From Amphiscolops sp. MND2022 (Eukaryota), in the NCBI GenBank assembly GCA_964187785.1, contig OZ076414.1, positions 2,108,001 to 2,172,000 of the forward strand: 64,000 nt of DNA, read 5' to 3'. Shown here in pieces: positions 33,578 through 44,877 of the stretch (within the stretch, counting starts at the first letter, position 1; the number at the start of each line of letters is the position of its first letter). The translations under genes and the position numbers were made by a program. The notes below the pieces were generated by a model that did not search any database, was not told the origin of the DNA, and worked only from the letters and a program-made list of their open reading frames with translations.

Positions 33578-35760
33578 AAAAAACTTATTGAACCGTAGCC
33601 CATCACGCTTCTCATCATTTTTTCTTGTCTCCTAGTATTTGTTTTTGTTTTTCGATAATGTGAAATCTACTCGACTTGGTGATACCTGCCTTATACGTAT
33701 TTCAAAAACGTCTATTTTTCTACTTCTATTATGGACCATCTTCATCAAGTATAAATGTTAAATGCGAAGAAATTCGAAAATTGTCACTGCTTCCTGTGCT
33801 GTTTCTATCGTTGGTGCCTCAGCTGTCTTGTTGCGACAGGGGTATGGGAAAATGGCATTTCTGGGAAACAGGCGCAGGAATATTTCCATTAATGAGCACG
33901 CTTGTTTGGCGGCATAATGTGGCGTGGAGTATTGTGATACATGCATGTGTACACCCCCGCGGACAAGACCGCGTATTTGCAAGGTGTCACGGGGAAGTTA
34001 CAGGGATGGGATGTAAACTGGAAGGAAGTGGAGGGTAAGCAAATTGGGAACAGAGCAGGAAGGATTTGGTGCCGGAAGAAGGAAGAAAGCAAAAATGATG
34101 TCTTGTCCTAATCTAATAATACACACAAAAAGCCCTTCGCTCGCCTGTCTTGTGCCTCACATAGTCCCATGTATCTTGTATACATACAACCAACACCCTG
34201 TAACACACTTTTTCGTTCTGTTTTTCCCGCATTTTCCTGTTTTCCTCATAGTTCGCCCATCCGTCTGACGTGGAAAAGGGAAAAAGCTGCAGCAGCAGTA
34301 ACCGCGTTCAGTGAATTATGTCTATCGGAAGAGGAAAAGCAATGTCCTCATCTTTTAAACTTCCACTCCTCTAGTCGTTGTCTGCCCGCTCGCGCCCCAC
34401 ATGATTTATATGTTTTTTGCATTTATACAATATAATATATTCGCTTGCTACAAGACAGCATTGTTATTGATGTGATCATCTTTTTACTGTCTGTAGTCTT
34501 ACTCTTGTTTTGTGTCTTACTCTAGTTACATATTTTTAATGACTGTATAAATAAACACCCGCCCTAGTTACGCCGCCTTTGTTGCTCGTGGTTCGTGCTT
34601 ATCGTCAACTTATCATCTGTTCCATTTCTTTCGTTTCTGTTTCCTAATCAATTGACTCCATCTTATGTGTATGCATGATTTGGGAAAAAGTGGTTGGTTT
34701 TTGGTCAAAAATGCCGAACTCGATTAATTCTCTCCTTTCTGTTGGTTTTTGCACAATTTCCATTCTGCCATTCATAGTGATAATAGGCACGTATGAATAT
34801 TGGCGCTTCATGTCAACAAGCGAGAGATTAAATGTGGTACATGATGAATTGCGTGTGTTGGTTGGTAACCTGAGAATGGACGGATCTTTATATTCTGAAT
34901 GAGTCTATCGCAAGTCCAGAGATTCATTCTCCATTTTAGTGGACGCTTTATGAGATGAAACGCGACTATTATAGTGGCTTTACTTCGTTTTTTCAGTGAC
35001 CATTTCATGCCGAATGCCAGAATCCAAAGACCCATTTTCACATTTGAGTTGAAAAAGAATTTGAGTTTTATTTTTGGAACTGTGCGACTTTTTTTGAAGT
35101 TTTCTATCTTCCAAAAAGGTCCCATTTTAATTTTGATATTTTAAAAGTTTTTTCGGCACTGTTTGATATTTTTCGGTGAAAGTTTCATTTCACAAAAAAG
35201 TTCTCGCTTTAGTTCTTTGATGTCTCTGGTGATAAAAAATGCGAAAAAAGGTTTGGTTTTTGCATTTTTAGTGATAGAAAAATTTAAAAAGGCGTTCACG
35301 GTTTTTTCGGCACTATGAGATTAAGATTTTTCTCGACGTTTTGAAGTATAGACACTTCTAGAAGCTATTCCTGTTCCCATATCAGTTCAATCTCCGCTAT
35401 ATCTACTATTTACTGCTGCAGTAATGTAACCAATGTGTGATATTGATTTCCACATTCTTGCTAAACCAATTTTCGAGTCCACCAATATTGATCATTTTCT
35501 GCGACGCCTGAAGTTTCTGAACTCTAAAGCACTCACGGGTGAAAGAAATATAATTGAAGAATTCAAATATAGACGTACGGCCACTTGACTTGATAAAAAA
35601 TTAAGAAAAGTGACACTTTCAGTAAGAAATAGTTCCTCCGTTTTGCGTGGGAATTGTGTAATCTTTGAACACCCCTGTATCTTCTCAATCACGAAACTTA
35701 ATTGAATGCATGAAATCTTATTGCGTGCATTCGCTTTCATGCTGGTTGTATCGCATTGGG

Positions 35761-36673
35761 TTTTTAGTCGGCGCTTTTATTAATAAAAGAGCCCGACTAT
35801 TACAGTCACTCGTTTTTTTCCTTTTTTTCAAGACAGACTCGAAGGTTTTTTTTCTTTTTTTTTAAGACAGACTCGAAGCGACGACCGTTAAAATTAACGT
35901 TCAACTACTAATTACAGTACTACTAAAATACTGGCAGCGCATTTAAGATAGTGCAAAAGGTCCCCCTTTCAGTTAGTCCATTTTTATCGAAAGATACAAA
36001 ACCGGACGAGACTATAGGGCCCCCCTTTGAGATTTTCGGCACTGTGCGACTTTTTTTTCGAATTTTTTTTGTCTCCAAAGGGTCCCCCTTCAAGTTTTTT
36101 GATTTTTTACAGCAAACTGAAGTTTCAAAAAGCCTAAAGGGTCTCCCCTTTCAAGTTTTTCGGCACTATGAGACTGGCTAAAATTTTTTTCGATTTTTCG
36201 TTTTTTTCTCGAATTTTTTTAATGTCTCGAAAGGGCCCCCCTTCAATTTTTAAAAATTTTTGTAACATAATAGATATTAAACAATCCAAAAGGGTCCCCT
36301 CTTTTAGATTTTTCGGCACTATGAGACTGTTCAAAATTGTCATTTTCGTCTGAAATTAGGTTTTCTCAGTATATATCTACCAATATTTTTTTCCAAAACT
36401 ATCCGAAACTTGGACGTAATATCCTGAGTAAAACGCTATATCCGAATTGTTGACGTTAAATCCGAATTATACTTCGTTTTACCAAGGAGGAGGCGGGGGT
36501 TGAAAAAGCGCTCCCATTTGGGCCAGCACGCTATATCCGAAGTTTGAGACGTTACACCCCGCAACAAATTGGATTTTCAAAAAACCCAAAGGGTCCCCCT
36601 TTTGCAATTTCACAAAGTTTGAGCTTTTTGAGCCTTAGATATGGCGCCGACTTTAGACGTTCCCGTCTTGTTT
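35761..36673 (+). mobile_element. Longer HINE-like copy with internal AAAGGGTCCCCC/TTTTTCGGCACT repeats
   Basis: Both termini present; the internal subrepeats are shared with other copies. Confidence 0.65.
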
Positions 36674-37793
36674 ATATTCGATTCACTTAGTTTCGATTTC
36701 CAATCGAGATCTAGTCTTCTTTCAAAAAAAACAATGATCAACACAATAGTTTCATTGTAGGCCGTAGCTGCCTTCGACATGTACTCAGAATAAAATTCCT
36801 CAACAATTCAATGTTGCCTGTTCTGCAATTGTCCCCCAATCTCTCAATTGGAAACGAGTTTTTTTTGTTTTGCGATAAAAGGCAAGGTCTTGGTTAGTTG
36901 TTTAGTCACTGTTTTCTGGCTAATTTGACTTGACGACCATGTCCATTAGTTGTGGTCGTGGTGTTAGCGTAGAGGTCGCAACAGACCCCCCCAAACCCCA
37001 CCAAAAAATGTCAGGGCAACGGAACTTGATTGCCAAATCTACATACAACATTCACTTTCATTTGGCTGCTGCTGCTAATTTAATTACCATCTTCTCCCAT
37101 GCGTGGATAACAAGACCCCCGCTTGCTCTACCTCCTCCTATGTCTTCGGAACAGTGCAGGGACCAGAAGGAGTTAGGCAACAAGTTAGCTGCTTCTGCTG
37201 CCTGTGACGTAGAAATAATTCTGTTGCGTCGTCGTGTTTCAACATGCACATACCTCTCTCTACACACTGCCGCAACTGCAATTACATGGGATATTGGCTG
37301 CTGCTGCTATGGTGAGATAATTGAATTTGTATTAGCCACATCATATCTCATGCAGCCCAGATGGATCAACCAACTTTCTTGTCTTACCATTTAACTGCTA
37401 AAGTGACCATGTCTTACCATTTTGTATGTTTGTGCAACTCAGTTGTTTTATTTATTGCCTTCTACAATTTGTGCTCTATTCTAAAAGGCAGAGTTGCGAA
37501 GAGACCCCAAAACTTTGGAAGACTTGGAAACTTTTGCTCTTGAGGAATTATACGCAATTCCTGACGAATACTTTTCAAGTGCAAAAATTTTTCAAGTCGA
37601 TAAAAAATCGGTTGATTCTTACTAAAATTAACCGGGGAGGTTTTACACGATATTGAAGTTTCACTCTAGTTTGATGATATTATTTCATCATTTTCATGAG
37701 GTTATTCAATTGAATATTTTTAATTCAGGCCCATTTCTTTTTCTTAGCCCTTTGTTCCATTTCTTTATCACAGTACTGTATTCTTCTATTCAA

Positions 37794-38276
37794 CCCTGGT
37801 CGAGAAAAAAAACATATCTTCCAAGAATCTTGCAAGATAATCATGAAAAATGTAAAAAATTCTCTTGCAAATTGAGAAGTTTTTGTTGCCGTGAACATAA
37901 AGCATTAAAATGGAAACAAAGCTCAAAACCACCTTTTTTAATTGGGATTTTGAGCGCAAAAAATTGTTCTTCAACGGCTCTGATTCAATGCTCACTGGAA
38001 TTGCATCTAATTGTATCTGATGAACTCCAAACAGGAAAAAAAATATTTCAGCATTGAACCCTTGAGGAGGGGCAGCTTTTGAAAAAGAGTCTTGAAAAAA
38101 ATTTGAACCTTGTAAGATTCTTGCAAGATGACACAAATCTTGCAAGAATCTTTCAAGATGATACATATCTTGCAAGATTCTTGCAAGAAATCTGTCAGGT
38201 TAATGCATTCACTTGCAAGATCTTGCAAGAATGTCTGCCAGAATCTTGCAAGATTTGTGTTTTTTCTCAACCAGGG
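37794..38276. mobile_element. CMC/EnSpm-like non-autonomous element with subterminal CTTGCAAG repeats (shorter relative at 54660-54813)
   Basis: CCCTGGT...ACCAGGG TIRs with a 2-bp AA TSD. The second copy is CCCCAG...CTGGGG, also flanked by AA. Confidence 0.55.
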
Positions 38277-39609
38277 AATGTTTCAGGCCCGAGGGGCCCA
38301 TGTTAAACTAAACAAACTTGCTTGTCTTTTCAATCATTGATCATCTGTTCTGTTCTGCTGTGAACAGCATTTACAAACTTTCGAAAAGTTCATATAAATT
38401 TTGTTCCCCAAAATTTGGACACTTAGTAATTTGAGTAAAGTAAATCTTTGTTGCGGTATCTACTCTCATGTAAAGTACTCTGTCGATTTTGAAATTTTCC
38501 ATTTTCGATACTTCCATTTCAATACTTATCAATTTTGGGTCCTGTTTTTAGAAGGGAATTCAATGCCCTGATCCCATTACCTCTTCCTACCTGGTCTTAT
38601 CAGCTTATCTGTCTCCGATGCGCGCTAGTTTTAATAAGAGTAGTCGATGAATTCTCTCTTCTCATATTATCTCCTCTCTTTGTCTCTTCTATTTTCATTT
38701 GCCTTGTAACCACCCCCCCCCCCCCCTCAGTCCTTTTGTGGGCTTGTCTGCCAAACATGAAAACGTCCTCCGCCCCAGTCCACAATGTTATCCCACGTCC
38801 CTACGTACTACGTACCCTCGTCTGTTGTTTCCCCTGTTTTTGTTTTTGAAAACCTTTTTTTCCTTGAGTTTCTGGGGAATAACAACAAAGGATAACTATG
38901 CATTAGTTCCTCGAAACCTGCTGTTAGCTGATTAACGTGCAGCCTCTGGTGTGCTGTGCAATGCCGTGTAGACGAGATTTCGTGGCCATAAATAACGCTA
39001 CACCAACGTGTCTTCTTTGTTGTCCCAACTTTGCTACCTCATCCCTGACTAATCTGACTAATTTGCTGCTGATGTTGCTGCTGTTATGTCCACGCTTTTC
39101 CCACCCCATCAATACCTTCCCTAGTTGCAGCCTTTTCATCGCCACCGCTCCCCCCCCCCCTCTTTGAACTTTCGCCAAACTTGTTTCGTTACTTCCATGT
39201 CGTTTGCTTATTTGTTCCAACACATTATTTCCCACGCTTTTATCAAAATCATGCATCAACTTTTCAATGTTTTCTGTATGTAGATAACAGCAATTCTTTT
39301 GAATTATTTTACACTGGGAATTTTGAATGCTTTCTGTAGATTCAGCAGCTTTCTAAAAGTACGAAATTGAGACACAATGCGAAACAACAATGCGAAAGTC
39401 GGTGTTTAATCATTAGGGTATTGACGTATTTACCAAAATGATCTTTCATGAAATTCTATTCTCGAAAGCAAATTACCCTGATGTTTGCCAGTTCTTTTTC
39501 ATCATCTCCAGCGGTTTTACCGGGCAAGTGTTGACTTATGCCGGCCAACGTCACGTATTAGCGGTTGAAAGCCACGTCCTAGCTAACTTGGTCTCACTTG
39601 TTCCCTCCG

Positions 39610-40118
39610 TTTTTTTAGTCGGCGCTTTTCTAGGGAAAAGTGCCCGACTCTTACAGTGGCTAGTTTTTTTTCTTTTTTTTTTTCGTCAGACTACAATCTC
39701 ACTCTGATTGGGCCACTTTTCTTACAATCGAAACTACTAAAACTACTAGCATAAGGCCAAGTCCGGTCAGCGGAAATTAGTGCAAAAGGGTCCCCGCTTT
39801 CATATTTTTACTATTTTAACGTAACCTACAAAACCGGACGAGACTAAAGGGTCCCCCCTTTCGATTTTTTCGGCATTGTGCGACTTTTTTCCCTAAATTT
39901 TTTAATGTCTCAAAAGAGTCCCCCTTTCGAGTTTTTTGATATTTTACAACAGAATATGTGTTAATAAAGCTCAAAGGGTCCCCCCTTTTACATTTTTCGG
40001 CACTATGCGACATTTTCTGAGAGAAAAAAAATCAAAAATTTCAAGTTTTTTTTTTAAAAAGTCTTGCGCTTTTTGAGCCTTAGATATAGCGCCGACTTTA
40101 AACGTTCCCGTCTTGTTT
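39610..40118 (+). mobile_element. HINE-like element copy
   Basis: Both termini present. Confidence 0.7.
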
Positions 40119-40599
40119 GACATATTTCTCGGTTTGAGGTTTTCCACTTCTGATGATTTTTCACTAGTCAAGACTCGGTTCCAAAAAAAAGGGTTATGTA
40201 CACACACGTACTGTAGATTTTACATTTCATGATGGTCCAGAAATTTTATGGTGTCAAATTGAACCATTTGGCCCAGGAAACTGAACCAAATAGGTTTTCT
40301 TTTTTTTCCGCGTAACATGTAATACCGGGCGAGACTGAAGGGTGGTCCCCCTTTCAGTTTTTTCGGGATTGGGAGATTTTTTTGAAAGAAAACCCACAGG
40401 GCCCCCTTCAATTTTTTGGAGTTTTGCGACAGAATTGATGTTGAAAAATCCCAAAGGGTCCGCCCTTTCAGTTTTTTTTCGGCATTGAGACTTTTTTCAA
40501 ACATTTTTTTTCACCAAAGGGTCCCCAATTCACCAATACTTTGACATTTGAAGTCTTTTTGCTATTTTTGAGCCTTAGATAAGGCGCGTCGACTTGAAT

Positions 40600-40830
40600 G
40601 CTGCTTCCGAAATAAATATGTGAATTTATCCATTGTCGATAGGCTCGCTCGCCGTAGCATGTCGGCATGGCGTCGCCAAGGTTGGTCGTTGGTCGTACAG
40701 AATTTGCGACGTTGATGCGGAGGCCAGACTTTTCTGCCAACTTGATTACCGTATCCAACAGGTTCTCTGCATCGGTGACGTTGTCGTTCGGGAGACAGAT
40801 GTCTAGATCGGTAATTAGGGCGTTGTCGAG
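40600..40830 (-). pseudogene. Degenerate LINE reverse-transcriptase fragment
   Basis: ITDLD-ICLPNDNVTDAENLLDTVIKLAEKSGLRIN...HIYFGS resembles ITDLDFADD...AQ.LL.......GL.IN...KYLGS with the ADD deleted. Confidence 0.45.
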
Positions 40831-41119
40831 GGGGGGGTGTACGGAAAACTCAACACATGAAGACTCAACAGATAGTAGAAAACAGGAAACTCAACATGAG
40901 AAAGTTCATCACAGAAAGAGAGAGAAGTTAATTTCCCCTTCACCTCGGGGTGGACGCCGAATAAGCAGTTCTGCTTTTCTAAGTCGGCGCCCTTTCGGAT
41001 ACTATCTCCCCATAGCAAGCTATGGTACCATATTTGCAGCCAAGTGGTCAAGTAATGGTGGACTTGAAGCTGTGGTTTCAAAGTAACTTGCTCAAGGTCT
41101 CAAAGGTCTGACTACTCAC

Positions 41120-41298
41120 CGTTGCTCTTTTTGTTTTGTTTTTCTCCGCCAAATGCGTTATTTTTTGTCATTGACCATACCACTAAGCTAGGGATGAAGG
41201 ACTTGCTTAAGGACCAACAATGGTGAGTTGAGAGAGATTCGAACCTGATACCGCCCCAGTACAGGCCGAATGCTCTAACCACTACGCCATGCTCCCCC
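41120..41298 (-). mobile_element. tRNA-derived SINE
   Basis: On the minus strand: A-box TGGCGTAGTGG, B-box GGTTCGAATCT, then GGTCCTTAAGCAAGTCCTT (like the post-tRNA motif of many SINEs) and an A-rich tail. No complete acceptor stem. Confidence 0.6.
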
Positions 41299-41694
41299 AG
41301 TGGGTCAGAAAACCAACTCAACGCATTTCAACACCATTAATTTTAGTAAACACCTCAACACAAAAACTCAACACATTCGTGCAAACCATGAAACAAAACG
41401 ATGGAAAAAGTTTAAACGCAAACACAAATATTTTAGAAAAATTGTGTCAAATGCATAAATTATGAGCAGTACCCACAAAGAATATACATGTATAATATCT
41501 ATCACGATTATTACATATAATACATGTATTCAGTAGCCTAAAATGTATTGAGTTTTCTTTGTTGAGTTTTCTGTGTTGAGTTTTCTTGTGTTGGGTTTTC
41601 TTGTGTTGAGTTTTCTGGTAATCGTCAAGGGCTATTCCAGCGCCACTCATCAGTAGCGCGGATCAAAATCCATTAAATCACCAGCAAGAAGGAA

Positions 41695-42110
41695 ATGTCT
41701 GGCAAAGGAGCAGAATCAAAGAACTGCAAAGTTGCAGCTAAGGCCGCCAAGACCCAGTCGAACCTTGTTGGTGTGCAGTTCCCGTTGGCAGAGTTCACCG
41801 ATGCACCTTTCTCACCTAGCTTGCTTGCAAAAACCTGTCAATTTTCGCGCCTTGAATTTCCCCAATATTACACGACAAGAGACTCGTTTGAAGCCAGGCC
41901 ATACCTATTGGGTGCAGTTTCCTGTGAATTTGGACTGAGTTGTGGCTCGTAACATAGCGACAAACAAATCACCGAAGTGTTGAAAATTTCAGTCGTTCGA
42001 ACATGAAACGACGACCGTACGCATTGTAGATTTAATTGGATGGAATACTACAAAATAAAATTGTATTCATTGGAAAAAAGTTGCAATTAGCAGTGCACAT
42101 GACATTAAAG
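41695..42110 (+). pseudogene. Decayed histone H2A pseudogene
   Basis: MSGKG..., QFP(V)GRVHR across a frameshift, P.YL.AV, TEVLKI and LQLAV are colinear with H2A. Multiple frameshifts and stops. Confidence 0.55.
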
Positions 42111-43126
42111 TGTATAAAACACCATATAACTTTTGATTTGGTTGTCGCTACGTGAAATGAACAGTCCAAACACGTTTCTGTTAGTCGAGTCATGTTTTGT
42201 CAAGTTTTCATTCCATTTTCGTTTCTGAAGCTCGTTCTTGTTTTTCAAACGTTGCTTTTCTAGCAACATTGCTCCTCAAAAACACTGAATCGTTCATATA
42301 TATGACTGGTGTATACTTCCACAGTGGTTGAAGAAGTTGTATTCTTATCCATCAATCGACCCCCTCTGTTTCGTGTTACAGCGGCCCAGCGTGCCCGAAT
42401 GTTTGAGAATTGATTCTGTTATCAAAGTTAACAATTGGCAGAAATGATGCAAAAATTGGCAACAGTGGTTTCAGTTCATTCCACATTCTATCGCATCATT
42501 TTTAGTCGGCGCTTTTCTAGTGAAAAGAACCCGACTATTACAGTGGCTAGTTTGTTTTTTTTTTCGTCAGACCACAGACCTCATCGTGTATGTACCACTT
42601 TTTAGTACAGACATTACTCGGTTTACGGTGAACCCAGCGGTCACGAGTTCGAGTCCTTGCTTTAGCCAGAAACTTTTTCGAGCATTTGCGAAAGCGGACG
42701 AGCCCGAAGGGTCCCCTCTTTCAATTTTTTTCGGCACTGTGCTACTTTTTTCGAATTTTTTGCCATCAAAGGGTCCCCTTCGAATATTTTGATTCAAAAA
42801 ACTTTGCTGACCTTCAAAAAACTTTGCGCTTTTTGAGCCTTAGATAAAGCGCCGACTTTAGACGTTCCCCTCTTGTTTTTCGATACACCTGAAGTGACCA
42901 AAATAGTTCTACCAAAAGTTCTACGAAGTTTTAAGGAGACGCCGAATTGTACCTTTTGACACAGAGAACTGGACATTAAGAGCTGTTTCTTTTTTAGCAT
43001 TGCATAAAAACTGGACGAGACTAAAGGGTCCCCCTTTAAGATTTTTTTTCGCCATTGTGAGATTTTTTCATTTTTTTTCACCAAGGCCCCTTCATTTGTT
43101 AATGATTTGCGACAGAAAGGATGAAA
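41952..43126 (+). repeat. 1,175-bp near-identical direct duplication (copy 2 at 45154-46328)
   Basis: Constant 3,202-bp offset at both ends; only about 6 differences seen by eye. Confidence 0.9.
42499..42880 (+). mobile_element. HINE-like copy (duplicated at ~45701-46082)
   Basis: Both termini present; lies inside the 1.18-kb duplication. Confidence 0.7.
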
Positions 43127-43204
43127 TTTTTTGCGAAGGATTAGGGAAATTATTGATGGCTTTACGTCCATAAAATGCCATTATTTTTACGGAGTCCCTG
43201 ATTT

Positions 43205-44877
43205 TGTGGTTGCCCTACCAATTGCATTTTATTACATTATCTTGATGCCCATTTCCCCAATTTAGAGTCATGGGATCGCTTTCACTATGTCCCCCCCTAT
43301 ATCACTCGTTACACTATGTTATGTCCCCCCTAGAGAAAATAAATGTTTGTGGCTCATTTATTTTTATCTCCTATTGTATTGGCTAATCTCTCATACTATT
43401 GTCAATCAATTGATGTCGTCATAACTAACGATATAGTGGATATAGTGGAAGAGATCCGAGTTATGTGCTTGATAAAAATCCCATTTGTCCGTTTGTTTTT
43501 CCGGCTTGCATGCTGTATGGTTTGATTTTAGCTTGCAAGTTTTATATATTTTCATTCCATTTCTATCTCCTTGGTGGCAGTTTTTGAAAGAACACTGTTG
43601 AATAAATGGCATAGAGACAACTCATATCAGGTGACTACTAGTATCAATTTCAAAAAGGGACAACTCATATCAAGCGACAACTCATATCAAGTTTGCCAAT
43701 AGGTTACAAATACCTAAATTTTACCTCAAGAACAACTTATAATTAACTGCAATCAGAAATTCTAAAGTTACACTGATATTTACAAAGAAATCTTGTTTCT
43801 ATTCTATAATTTTTAACAATTATTTATCAATTATTTCAATTTTCTCTAATTATCTCGTGAATTATTTGGAATAAATTTTCTGATATGAGTTTTGGTTGGT
43901 ATAAGTTATCGCTTGATATGAGTTGTCGCTTTTTCAGATTGATGAGTTGTCGCTTGATATGAGTTGTCGCCGTACGGAATAAATAAATAAAGAACATTTA
44001 CTTTGCTCTTACAACTAAGTTGAGTGCATTTCAGTTTGAGCCTTTCTCGGTAGTGGGGGGGGTTGTGGATTGTTTCATTTCGGTGGCTGTACGGAATCCC
44101 ATGATTTCGAATCCTAGCAGGTTTAGTCTTGGTTAGGCTGAAGCAAAGTGTATTGACAGATGTTTGTGGATCGTTTGTCAATAATTCATTGGGAAAGAAA
44201 TAAAATGTGCTACTTTGCCTGCTGAGTTGGTAAGTGTGAGGCGAATGGATTCGATTAAGATGGTGGCTTGTTTCCAATTACCTCAGACAACTACTGACTA
44301 GACTTGGTAATGAATTCCGTTTTGATTGAAGCAAGGCTACTACAGTTCGCTAAAAGACATAGTAGTAGTCTGAAGTTGTACAGAGAAAAAGTGGGAGGGG
44401 GGCTGGTGTGTTTATGAATACAATATAATGTCCTATTGTCCTAAAAGCTTTTTTGCTGTGCTTTCTTAGTTTGGAAGAAACTGCTGCTGTTGACTGTTGA
44501 TGTTGCATCTTGAAACGTTTAAGGTTTCCTGCTTCTTTTGATAGAAGTACTAAACCGGAGGAGTACTCAACTTACTGGCTAGCTGCGCAGTCAGTAGTAC
44601 TTCTAAATGCAATACTGCAATATTTGATACAATTGAATTGAAACAGTTGCAGGCTGTTTCCGCCTCCATTCATTCTATTGCAGCGCCCGATTTATTATAA
44701 TTATTCCTCTGTTATTCCTAACTCGACGGCAGCTGTATTTTACTATTTTAATATTTCTCTCTCTCTTTCTCTCTTTGTGTCTAAATGGACCACACAAACT
44801 GGATCGATCTCACAATTCTGGCTTCTCCCATTTATTAACTGGACTCTTCGGCGTGTTTGCTGGCAATTGTAGCCACC
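43205..44877 (+). repeat. Older duplication, paralogous to 48417-49649
   Basis: Colinear blocks (GGTTGCCCTACCAATTGC..., GTTGTGGATTG..., ...GCTGGCAATTG), each copy interrupted by different insertions. Confidence 0.85.
43608..43976. mobile_element. Non-autonomous TIR element with GCGACAACTCATATCAA subrepeats (MULE/Merlin-like); second copy at 47019-47497
   Basis: TSDs are GAATAAAT (8 bp) here and GGTCTGAAA (9 bp) at the second copy. The empty site is visible in the paralogous segment near 48790. Confidence 0.7.

Noticed and set aside
36930-37394. 154-aa ORF with a possible donor near 37311
   Set aside because: TTG start, no domain and no matching acceptor; it does not resemble the expected CASK L27 sequence.
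41226-41298. Functional tRNA gene
   Set aside because: A and B boxes are present but the acceptor stem does not pair, and a SINE-like body follows.
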